Position numbers and translations under genes: made by a program. From Candidatus Ornithomonoglobus sp. (GTDB lineage: Bacteria; Bacillota; Clostridia; UBA1381): a stretch of DNA of 55,774 nt. The notes beneath the pieces were generated by a model. It ran no database searches. It worked only from the letters and a program-made list of their open reading frames with translations, and was not told the DNA's origin. The stretch spans positions 1-55,774 of the forward strand of contig JAZQFP010000019.1 in the NCBI GenBank assembly GCA_045539555.1. The letters are read 5' to 3'. How positions within the stretch are numbered: position 1 is the stretch's first letter; the number at the start of each line of letters is the position of its first letter. This document shows, in pieces, positions 38,424-46,430 of the stretch.

Positions 38424-39758
38424 TTACTTTCCGATAACGACAAATCTGTCGGTAATATCCCTTACAGTACCGTCTATGCTTGTATGCATTGTTGTGCCAA
38501 GGTCCTCATAGGCAGTTGCTGCTACAACCTGACCGCGCTTAACCTTATCACCAATGTTTACAACTGCACTGGCAGGTTTTCCTACATGCTGTTTTAATTC
38601 AATGTATACACAATCAGGTATGAACACATTGTCCTTTTTCTCTACGTGGCTCTTTACGTACTTTCTTATGCCAAGGCGATCAATAAGCTTATCTGATGAA
38701 ATAAGTCTTGATGCACGAACATCGCGTACCTTTTCAGGTGCAATGTTGTTCTCTCGTCTTAGACCGTACTTGCCAAGATTTCCCTTAATTTCCATTGATA
38801 ACTTTGAGGGGAATAGTCCCTGCTGGCAAGCTATTACTGAACAAATACCACAGCCACAGCATAAAGCATTCTGCAAGAATGCCTCTGTGTTCTTTACCTC
38901 ACCATGAGATGCTGCACGAACAGTCTTATGTACCTCCAAGTTATAGCCCAAAAGGTATCTGGGACACATATCAGTACACATTGTGCAGTTACAACATGCA
39001 GCTGATGCGCGTTTCATTGAAACGCCGATAGGCTGTTTCATTCTTTGAACTATGCCATGTGTTATGGGGAATATTAAAAGTCCCTTTGTTGTCTTTGTAA
39101 CAACATCATTCTCCAAATCAACAAGCTTACCCATCATAGGTCCGCCGTTTACAACGGCCTTGCCATCAAGATTACCATAGCCTACTGCTTTTAATAAGTC
39201 CTTGATTTTCATACCCATGGGAGCAACTATTGTTATGTCCTCGGGTACATCGCCACCGATTGTAATATATTTGTCAATTACAGGCTTTCTGTTATTTACT
39301 GCATTGTAAATGTTATAAACTGTCTCAACATTTATAACCATAACGCCTACCATAACGGGAATTGCACCCTCAGGGATAATCTTACCCGTTGTCTCGTATG
39401 TAAGCATTACCTCATCACCTGCGGGGTAAACATCAGGAATTTCCTTAATCTTTACTCTTGTGCCCTTTAAGGATGCTACAATTCTCTCGTTGAGAAGGTG
39501 CATATTCTTGCCCTTTATACCGATAATTGCCTCTTTGGCATCCATTGCATCGCACAACAGGTTAAGAGTTTCAACAAGCTCACCTAAATGATACTCCAAC
39601 AAATGATGGTCTACCATCATAAGCGGCTCACATTCTGCGGCGTTTACAACTATTTGCTCTACATTGGCAGAAAACTTTCTGTGTGTAGGGAATCCGGCAC
39701 CACCTGCACCAACAATTCCGGCATCATATACCAGCTTTTGAAGCTCTTCTAATTTCAT
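38424..39758 (-). CDS. pduS: PduS/RnfC-like flavo-iron-sulfur oxidoreductase (NADH-binding 51K-type, SLBB, 2x[4Fe-4S])
   Basis: GIVGAGGAGFPTHRKF. CCNCTMCTDMCP and CCGCGICSVIAC ferredoxin motifs. ATG 39758 lies behind GGAGGAAG; the track start is 39788. Confidence 0.8.
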   Translation of the reverse strand: MKLEELQKLVYDAGIVGAGGAGFPTHRKFSANVEQIVVNAAECEPLMMVDHHLLEYHLGELVETLNLLCDAMDAKEAIIGIKGKNMHLLNERIVASLKGTRVKIKEIPDVYPAGDEVMLTYETTGKIIPEGAIPVMVGVMVINVETVYNIYNAVNNRKPVIDKYITIGGDVPEDITIVAPMGMKIKDLLKAVGYGNLDGKAVVNGGPMMGKLVDLENDVVTKTTKGLLIFPITHGIVQRMKQPIGVSMKRASAACCNCTMCTDMCPRYLLGYNLEVHKTVRAASHGEVKNTEAFLQNALCCGCGICSVIACQQGLFPSKLSMEIKGNLGKYGLRRENNIAPEKVRDVRASRLISSDKLIDRLGIRKYVKSHVEKKDNVFIPDCVYIELKQHVGKPASAVVNIGDKVKRGQVVAATAYEDLGTTMHTSIDGTVRDITDRFVVIGK

Positions 39759-39814
39759 TACCGCTTCCTCCAATTTTTGAATTTGCACTCAAAAAAGATG
39801 TTATGTAATACAGG

Positions 39815-40075
39815 TTATACCTGTTTTTTGTCTAAAATACCAACTATCAATGCATCAATGGGTACATTTTCCTTGCCCATGCCAACTCTTGCGCCTGAGC
39901 CCTGAGTTATAATAACATCTTCGCCTATTCCAGCACCAACACCGTCAACGGCTACTAAGAACTTGTCAACAAGTTCACCCTTCTCTATGCACTGAACAAG
40001 CATAAATTTACTACCCACAAGTGAATCTAACTTATGAGTTGAAACTACGCTTCCATATACTCTACCTAAAATCAT
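39815..40075 (-). CDS. BMC-P pentameric vertex protein (EutN/CcmL/PduN family)
   Basis: 86 aa. MILGRVYGSVVSTHKLDSLVGSKFMLVQ... Confidence 0.88.
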   Translation of the reverse strand: MILGRVYGSVVSTHKLDSLVGSKFMLVQCIEKGELVDKFLVAVDGVGAGIGEDVIITQGSGARVGMGKENVPIDALIVGILDKKQV

Positions 40076-40114
40076 AATATCAATCCTTTCTGCAACCTTT
40101 GTTACAGACAGTTT

Positions 40115-40750
40115 TTATTTAGTCAAAATCTTGATTATGTCGCCTGTCTTTAATGCACAAGCATTCGCATCATCTGTATCGATATGCATTTCAGGAGTAA
40201 AGCTCTCGTGAACTCGTACCTGAACATTGTAAAATCTTGTCGGTTTGCCGGTCTCAACCTCAACATCAACAAGGTCATTATCCTTTACACCGTACTTCTC
40301 CGCAAGATACGGGGGTAGGTGAATGTGTCTGTTAGCAATAATACAACACTCGTTAAGGAAAATACTTCCCTTAGGTCCTACCATTGCCATGGGCGCTGAG
40401 CCCTTTAACTCTCCTGAGGGACGTACAGGGGGACTGATTTTTAATTTGAATGTGTCTGTTCTTGACACTTCAATCTGGCTCTCTTTTCTAAGAGGGCCTA
40501 ATACTCTTACATTTTCAATTGAGCGTAGGTTGGGGCTTACGATTGTAACGCACTCCTCCGCTGCGAACTGGCCACCCATTAGCTCCTTTTTCTTAGTTAG
40601 CTTGTAGCCCTCGCCAAAAAGAGCATATAAATCTTTCTCTGAAAGATGAACATGTCTCGCGGAAACTCCTATCTTTATTACGTCATCACTTTCTTGCTTT
40701 TTAAGGGTATCAATTACCGCATTAGCAATAAGCTCTTCTAATGATGCCAC
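40115..40750 (-). CDS. pduL: Phosphate acyltransferase PduL
   Basis: Two PduL repeats (GVSARHVHLSEKDLYALFG and IIANRHIHLPPYLAEKYG). N-terminal amphipathic helix SLEELIANAVIDTLKK. GTG start behind TAGGAGGGA. Confidence 0.88.
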   Translation of the reverse strand: MASLEELIANAVIDTLKKQESDDVIKIGVSARHVHLSEKDLYALFGEGYKLTKKKELMGGQFAAEECVTIVSPNLRSIENVRVLGPLRKESQIEVSRTDTFKLKISPPVRPSGELKGSAPMAMVGPKGSIFLNECCIIANRHIHLPPYLAEKYGVKDNDLVDVEVETGKPTRFYNVQVRVHESFTPEMHIDTDDANACALKTGDIIKILTK

Positions 40751-40845
40751 TCAAAATCCCTCCTATGTACCGATTAGTTTTAATAGATGGTACATATACG
40801 CCACAATGGGCGTATATGTACTCTATGGAATATGTATTCTATCTA

Positions 40846-41121
40846 TTAAACTGTGGGTAGAATCTTCTCAACGTCGCCGTGGGGACGAGGAATAACGTGA
40901 ACTGATACTAGCTCACCAAGTCTAGCGCCTGCAGCTGAACCTGCATCTGTTGCAGCCTGAACAGCACCTACATCGCCTCTAACCATAACTGTAACTAGAC
41001 CTGAACCGATTCTCTCTGTTCCGATTAGCTGTACGTTAGCTGCCTTTACCATTGCATCTGCTGCCTCGATTGCTGCTACAAGACCTCTTGTCTCTACCAT
41101 TCCTAATGCCTCTACTGCCAT
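40846..41121 (-). CDS. BMC-H hexameric shell protein (PduA/EutM type)
   Basis: 91 aa. [26 protein letters not shown]...[18 protein letters not shown]. Confidence 0.92.
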   Translation of the reverse strand: MAVEALGMVETRGLVAAIEAADAMVKAANVQLIGTERIGSGLVTVMVRGDVGAVQAATDAGSAAGARLGELVSVHVIPRPHGDVEKILPTV

Positions 41122-41215
41122 TTTATTTTCCTCCTATTTCTTTCCGGGGTCTTGCCCCTAAAATTTACTTTGTTAATATTGTTTTATATCTTAAAACGCT
41201 TAGCGTTTTAATTCA

Positions 41216-41626
41216 TTATTTTTTTGTTCCCGTCTTTTTTACAGGAGCCTTGCTTTTAGCTGTTGTAGTTGTTTTTGCCTTTTTCTCAGCTACGGGGCCA
41301 ACATGTGTTGCCGCGGTCTCTGAATTAGGCTTCTTTGTAACCTTTTTGTCTAAGTGCAAGTAGGGAAGAATCTCCTTGTGAGGTCTTGCAATTACCTGTG
41401 AAGCCTTGAAGCTTCCAAGCTCCCTTGCTCTTGCCTCACCTGCATCAACTGATGCCTTTACCGCTGTCAGCTCACCTTTTACTACAATAGTAACAAGTCT
41501 GCCGCCCAGCTTTCTTTCTGTTGCTACAAACTCAACGTCTGCTGCCTTACACATATCGTCAAGCATAATGATTGCATCGCCAAGTCCGCTTACTTCAACC
41601 AATCCTATTGAGAATTCTTTTGCCAT
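41216..41626 (-). CDS. BMC-H shell protein with a divergent pore loop and a 46-aa Lys/Thr/Ala-rich C-terminal tail
   Basis: SIGLVEVSGLGDAIIMLDDMCKAADV...ERKLGGRLVTIVVKGELTAV, followed by the tail HLDKKVTKKPNSETAATHVGPVAEKKAKTTTTAKSKAPVKKTGTKK. Confidence 0.85.
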   Translation of the reverse strand: MAKEFSIGLVEVSGLGDAIIMLDDMCKAADVEFVATERKLGGRLVTIVVKGELTAVKASVDAGEARARELGSFKASQVIARPHKEILPYLHLDKKVTKKPNSETAATHVGPVAEKKAKTTTTAKSKAPVKKTGTKK

Positions 41627-41639
41627 AGCTCAATCCTCC

Positions 41640-41912
41640 TTAATAGAATGAGGGAAGTATTTTTGCTATCGCGTCATCCGGCTGAGGAATAACGTGAGTT
41701 GCATAAACTTCGCCTACGGCTTCCGCCGCTGCCTTACCTGCGGCTACTGCGGCACGAACTGCGGCTACCTGACCTGTAACTACTACGTTAACAAGTCCCG
41801 AACCAATTTTTACTGTGCCGACAAGTTTTACCTCCGCCGCTTTTGTCATAGCGTCTGTGGCGTCAATTGCTCCTGTAAGGCTTCTTGTTTCAATTAGTCC
41901 TAATGCCTGCAT
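41640..41912 (-). CDS. BMC-H hexameric shell protein (PduA/PduJ type)
   Basis: MQALGLIETRSLTGAIDATDAMTKAAEV...KIGSGLVNVVVTGQVAAV. ATG 41912 lies 9 nt behind AGGAGG; the track start is TTG 41918. Confidence 0.9.
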   Translation of the reverse strand: MQALGLIETRSLTGAIDATDAMTKAAEVKLVGTVKIGSGLVNVVVTGQVAAVRAAVAAGKAAAEAVGEVYATHVIPQPDDAIAKILPSFY

Positions 41913-41927
41913 GGGCAATCTCCTCCT

Positions 41928-42266
41928 TTACGCTCCGTTTTTAATCTGACCGACTATGTCCCGACCAACAGATGTTCTCTTTGCCATTTTAACGGCATCA
42001 TCTGTGGGGCCTGTAAGTACGTGACTGCAAATTACTCCTGAAACAGACTCTGCTGCGTTAACCGCTGCATCAACTGCCGCCTTTACGGCTGAAACCTCAC
42101 CCTCTACCTTGATTGCCATAATTACTGGCACATCAACAGTGGGGTCTGCGGGTTTATTTGAGTCAATTGCTATAACCTTTACGTCTGCCGCTTTCGCTGC
42201 TGCGTCTGCCGCAGTAATTGCAGTTACAAAGCCGAACATTTCTACTATACCAATAGCTTTATTCAT
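41928..42266 (-). CDS. Divergent BMC-domain shell protein with an enlarged pore-loop region and a C-terminal extension
   Basis: MNKAIGIVEMFGFVTAITAADAAAKAADVKVIAIDSNKPADPTVDVPVIMAIKVEGEVSAV... ATG 42266 lies behind AAGGAG; the track start is GTG 42275. Confidence 0.75.
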   Translation of the reverse strand: MNKAIGIVEMFGFVTAITAADAAAKAADVKVIAIDSNKPADPTVDVPVIMAIKVEGEVSAVKAAVDAAVNAAESVSGVICSHVLTGPTDDAVKMAKRTSVGRDIVGQIKNGA

Positions 42267-42289
42267 ACTCTGCACTCCTTACTGACGTA

Positions 42290-43510
42290 TTAGTCTTGGT
42301 TTACGATTGCTATCTTCAAGCCCTTCTGTGCAAGGTTTGTTTCAAGCGCCTCGTTGATTTCTTCAAGAGGATACTTATGTGTGATAAGGTCCTTCATGGG
42401 AAGCCCTATTGCCTGTGCCCTCTTTAAGAAGTCAAATGTTCTTGCATAATCCCTTAGGGTATATACCCATGTGCCAACAAGTGTGATTTCCTTTGCACAC
42501 AAGTCAAAGTGGGGGTTAATTGTTGCATCACCGCCGTTGATGAAGAAACCAAGCTCACATAGACCGCCGCCGTTTCTGATAAACTTGTAGATATTACCAT
42601 GTGCAACAGGTGCGCCTGTACACTGGAAAGCAAAATCTGCAAGATATCCGCCGAATGCATCCTTAACCGCCTCTGTAAGAGCTTCAATTCCCTTATGGTT
42701 CATAAAGTTTACAGTGTTTGTTGCACCCATACGCTTCGCGAATTCAAGTCTCTGCTCGTTTCCGTCAACTGCTACAATGTTTTCAATTCCCATTGTGCGA
42801 AGAACTGCTATACAGATTAGACCGATAGGTCCGCAACCCTGCACAACAACTCTTGAATTAAATCTCAAAATGTTTGTAAGCTTTGCTCTCTCTACGGCAT
42901 GGATAAGTACCGCACAGGGCTCTATCAAAATTCTTGAATCAAGGTCAAGGTCGCTTACATTAAATACTGTTGAGCCACCTCTGATTATCATATAATCTGA
43001 GAACCAACCGTTTAGGTGAACATCATCATCAGGAAGCAAACCATAAACGTCTGCACCGCCGACATTCTGCTTGTTAAGGTCAAACATTGTAATGTCAGGG
43101 TTATCCTTAAATATCATACAAGTAACAACCTTGTCGCCGATATTAAGGGGCTTTCCTGCACTGTCAAGCTTAACATTCTTACCCATCTTTACGATTTCAC
43201 CTGTTCCCTCGTGTCCAAGAACAACGGGAATTAGTGAGAAGGGGTCAACTTTGTATTCGTGAGCATCTGTACCACAAACGCCACAACCCTCAACCTTAAC
43301 TAAGATATCGTCATCGCCAAGCTCGGGAATTGGATATTCCTGAATCTCAAACTTTTTAAGGTCTGTAAGCATTGCAACCTTTGCAGTCTTGGGGATTGCA
43401 CCGCCGCCTGTGTTTCCTGATCTTACAGGAGTAGGTGCGGGGGCTCCGCCTGTCATTTCTTTAAGTACCTGCTGCACCAATGCAGCAATCTCATTTTCAT
43501 TTATTGCCAA
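42290..43510 (-). CDS. Zn-dependent medium-chain alcohol dehydrogenase with an N-terminal encapsulation-peptide-like helix
   Basis: GCGVCGTDAHE and GHEGTGEIV Zn motifs. Rossmann VVVQGCGPIGL. N-terminal extension MAINENEIAALVQQVLKEMTGGAPAPTPVRSGNTGGG. TTG start 9 nt behind AAGGAG. Confidence 0.85.
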   Translation of the reverse strand: MAINENEIAALVQQVLKEMTGGAPAPTPVRSGNTGGGAIPKTAKVAMLTDLKKFEIQEYPIPELGDDDILVKVEGCGVCGTDAHEYKVDPFSLIPVVLGHEGTGEIVKMGKNVKLDSAGKPLNIGDKVVTCMIFKDNPDITMFDLNKQNVGGADVYGLLPDDDVHLNGWFSDYMIIRGGSTVFNVSDLDLDSRILIEPCAVLIHAVERAKLTNILRFNSRVVVQGCGPIGLICIAVLRTMGIENIVAVDGNEQRLEFAKRMGATNTVNFMNHKGIEALTEAVKDAFGGYLADFAFQCTGAPVAHGNIYKFIRNGGGLCELGFFINGGDATINPHFDLCAKEITLVGTWVYTLRDYARTFDFLKRAQAIGLPMKDLITHKYPLEEINEALETNLAQKGLKIAIVNQD

Positions 43511-43528
43511 ACCGTATCACTCCTTTTC

Positions 43529-44953
43529 TTATATAATGTATAATGCATCTGATAGTACGCATCGTCTTAATCTTGTGAAGCTTCTGGGAGATGTGATACC
43601 CTCGCCCGTAGGACCTGCAATAGTAAATGTAGTCCAACCCTCAGCATTGAAACCAATACCAGCATAACTGGGTGCGTTCTTTACAAAGATTGTTGTCTCT
43701 ATTGCCTTAGCGTACTGAGTCATATGGTCAACATTCTTGGAATGAAGATGAGCTGTATGACGGTTGCCGTGCTCTGCCTTAACTGCCATTTCAACAGCCT
43801 CGTCAAAGGTGTTTACTCTTACAATAGGTAGGATGGGCATCATAAGCTCTGTCTGCACAAATGCCTGAGAAAAATCTGTTTCACAGATGATACATCTTAT
43901 ATCGTCTGACGCCTTAACGCCAATCTGTGCCAAAATCTTCTTAGCATCACGGCCAACCCAGTCCTTATTGATTGTGCGGACTCTCTGGCCTTTCTTGTTC
44001 TCTGTCCAGACAAGAACAACATCTTCAAGTTCCTTTATCTGTCTGTCATTAAGAAGATAGCATCCATTTTTAACCATATGATGAATAAGCTCGTCTGCAA
44101 TCTCTCTTAGTGCAAACACTTCCTTCTCTGCAATACAGGGAAGGTTGTTATCAAATGTACATCCGTCAACGATATCCTTTGCAGCTTTCTTAATGTCTGC
44201 CGTCTCGTCAACGATTACGGGCGGGTTACCAGCACCTGCGCCAATTGCTTTCTTTCCTGATGAAAGCAACATTCTTACAACTCCTGGACCACCTGTTGCA
44301 ACCAACATCTTAACTGACGGATGATTAACCATCATATTTGATGTTTCCATTGTGGGATTAGCCACAGTTACAACCACGTTTTCCGGGCCACCCGCTGCAA
44401 GAACTGCTCTGTTTACCAAATCAACAGCGTATGCAGAAATTCTCTTCGCGTGGGGGTGGGGGTTAAATACAACCGCGTTACCACCTGCAAGCATACAGAT
44501 ACTGTTACAGATAACTGTACAGCTGGGGTTTGTTGAAGGTGTTATTGCACCGATAATGCCGTAGGGCGCCATCTCTACAAGTGTAAGACCACCGTCTCCT
44601 GAGAATGCTCTTGTATCAAGATCCTCTGTACCCAAGGTCTTGTCTGCCACAAGATGATGCTTTAATATCTTGTGATAAACATTACCCATTCCTGTATCCT
44701 CAACGGCAAGTTTTGCCATTGTCTCGGCTTCTGCATGAGTGAGCTTTCTGATTTCGCTTATAATGTTTTCTCTTTGCTGTTTATTGTACTTTCTAAACTC
44801 TGTATAAGCCTTGTTTACCGCATCAAGAGCTTCCTCCATTGTGTCGAAGACGCCTATCTGTTTACGGTTGTTGCTCGGCTTTTGTATTGTTGATAAGTCC
44901 ATTTCTGAAAGCACGTCTTTAACCAGCTGAGTAACTTTTTTCTCGTCTATCAC
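43529..44953 (-). CDS. CoA-acylating aldehyde dehydrogenase (PduP/EutE family) with an N-terminal encapsulation peptide
   Basis: 474 aa. Catalytic Cys in FDNNLPCIAEKE. N-terminus MIDEKKVTQLVKDVLSEMDL. GTG start behind AAGGAGG. Confidence 0.88.
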   Translation of the reverse strand: MIDEKKVTQLVKDVLSEMDLSTIQKPSNNRKQIGVFDTMEEALDAVNKAYTEFRKYNKQQRENIISEIRKLTHAEAETMAKLAVEDTGMGNVYHKILKHHLVADKTLGTEDLDTRAFSGDGGLTLVEMAPYGIIGAITPSTNPSCTVICNSICMLAGGNAVVFNPHPHAKRISAYAVDLVNRAVLAAGGPENVVVTVANPTMETSNMMVNHPSVKMLVATGGPGVVRMLLSSGKKAIGAGAGNPPVIVDETADIKKAAKDIVDGCTFDNNLPCIAEKEVFALREIADELIHHMVKNGCYLLNDRQIKELEDVVLVWTENKKGQRVRTINKDWVGRDAKKILAQIGVKASDDIRCIICETDFSQAFVQTELMMPILPIVRVNTFDEAVEMAVKAEHGNRHTAHLHSKNVDHMTQYAKAIETTIFVKNAPSYAGIGFNAEGWTTFTIAGPTGEGITSPRSFTRLRRCVLSDALYII

Positions 44954-44971
44954 TGTTCTGCCTCCTTTGAC

Positions 44972-45514
44972 TTATTGAGTTAATTTCGCATCAAGGTAAC
45001 GGACACCGATTTCTGCCAATATGATATCCTCCTCCTTAGTGCCACCCGAAACACCAATGGCTCCGATAACTTCGCCGTTTACTGTTAAGGGCTTACCTCC
45101 GCCAAGAAGTAAAATGCCATCTCCATTGGAGAGACCATCAAAGGCACCTCCGCGAGACTCTTCCAGGGCAATCTCGGTAGGCATCTTTAATGCCGCCGCC
45201 GTGTATGCCTTATCCTGAGCAGCCTTTATTGATGCAACATAGGAATTATCCATTGCCTCTAAGGCAACTAATCTGCCGTCGCCGTTCACAACGGCAATAA
45301 CAGCATTGAGTCCCATCATCTTTGCACCTTTTTCAACACAGTAGATAATCTCTTTCGCAAGATCAAGTCCTACGGAATGTTTTGTTATAAGTCCCAACTT
45401 GTCAGGCTTAATGTTATGTACTGCAACAGGTTTTTTTATCTCTTTTGGCGGTTTTGGGGGAGTTGAGCCTGTGATTTTCGCAACTTGCGATAACATATCG
45501 TCAATTGTCATCAT
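44972..45514 (-). CDS. GlcG/DUF336 (PduO C-terminal-domain-like, heme-binding-type) protein with an N-terminal targeting-like helix and Pro/Lys linker
   Basis: Core AVIAVVNGDGRLVALEAMDNS...AAQDKAYTAAALK...GAIGVSGGTKEEDIILAE is typical of DUF336. N-terminus MMTIDDMLSQVAKITGSTPPKPPKEIKKP. Confidence 0.72.
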   Translation of the reverse strand: MMTIDDMLSQVAKITGSTPPKPPKEIKKPVAVHNIKPDKLGLITKHSVGLDLAKEIIYCVEKGAKMMGLNAVIAVVNGDGRLVALEAMDNSYVASIKAAQDKAYTAAALKMPTEIALEESRGGAFDGLSNGDGILLLGGGKPLTVNGEVIGAIGVSGGTKEEDIILAEIGVRYLDAKLTQ

Positions 45515-45542
45515 TGGCCCATCAGCTCCTATCCGTTAGAAT

Positions 45543-46430
45543 TTATTTGTTGTACTTTTCAAGTACTCTCTTTGTAACCTCTGCTACTATCTTCTCAATG
45601 TCATTGTTGCCACAGCTGCATGACTTGTCGTCTTTGCAAACCTGTGAGGGTAGGGGCTGGAAGCCGTGGTATGCTGCGCTTGACTCCTTGCCGTACTTCT
45701 CGTTTGCGTCTGTGGGAGACATTGAACATGTGTCATCCTCGTAACATCCTGGGCAAAGCTTCTCCATGGGGTGCTTACCAGGAACACCAAACTGCTTTCT
45801 AAGGTCAATTAGCTTCTTAACCTCACCGCAGGGGATTTCCTTTTCGCCACCAAGTAGTCTTGAATACATCAATAGCTTAGCATAGAACTCTGTTGACTCC
45901 ATTCTGAAGAACGCTGTGTTCAGGTCGCAACCAAATGACAATGCACCATGGTTTGCAAGTAGAACTGCGTCGTAATCCTGAAGATACGGCTCCAATGACT
46001 CAGGAATCTCCATTGTTGACGGTGTTCCGTACTGTGCAATGGGTACTGCGCCAAGGAAGATGATAGCCTCAGGCATAATTAGCTTATCAAGTGCGATACC
46101 TGCGATAGCAAATGATGTTGCAATCGGGGGATGCGCATGAACTACTGCCTTAACGTCAGGTCTCTGCTCATACACCTTTAAGTGCATCTTAAACTCTGAT
46201 GACGGTCTCCACTGACCATTGGGTTTCTTTAAGTTACCCTTTCCGTCAACCTCACAAATCATATCAGGAGTCATATAACCCTTTGATACGCCTGTGGGAG
46301 TAACGAAATATGTGTTGTCATCAATCTTAACTGAGAAGTTACCGTCGTTAGCGGCTACGAAACCGTCGTTGTAAATACGTCTACCGATTTCGCAAAGTTC
46401 TTTTTTGATTTCGTAATCTGACTTATACAT
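45543..46430 (-). CDS. Class II (FucA/RhaD/adducin-family) aldolase with a 74-aa Cys-rich C-terminal extension ending in an amphipathic helix
   Basis: NDGNFSV, VVHAHPP and LLANHGALSFG are metal-binding His motifs of class II aldolases. The tail reads MEKLCPGCYEDDTC...VCKDDKSCSCGNNDIEKIVAEVTKRVLEKYNK. ATG 46430 lies behind AGAGGG; the track start is 46448. Confidence 0.85.
   Translation of the reverse strand: MYKSDYEIKKELCEIGRRIYNDGFVAANDGNFSVKIDDNTYFVTPTGVSKGYMTPDMICEVDGKGNLKKPNGQWRPSSEFKMHLKVYEQRPDVKAVVHAHPPIATSFAIAGIALDKLIMPEAIIFLGAVPIAQYGTPSTMEIPESLEPYLQDYDAVLLANHGALSFGCDLNTAFFRMESTEFYAKLLMYSRLLGGEKEIPCGEVKKLIDLRKQFGVPGKHPMEKLCPGCYEDDTCSMSPTDANEKYGKESSAAYHGFQPLPSQVCKDDKSCSCGNNDIEKIVAEVTKRVLEKYNK

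Noticed and set aside
37035-38597. Long plus-strand ORFs 37035-37673 (212 aa) and 38088-38597 (169 aa)
   Set aside because: They are antisense to rlmD and to the pduT/pduS-like genes, whose translations carry clear family motifs. The plus-strand products have none.
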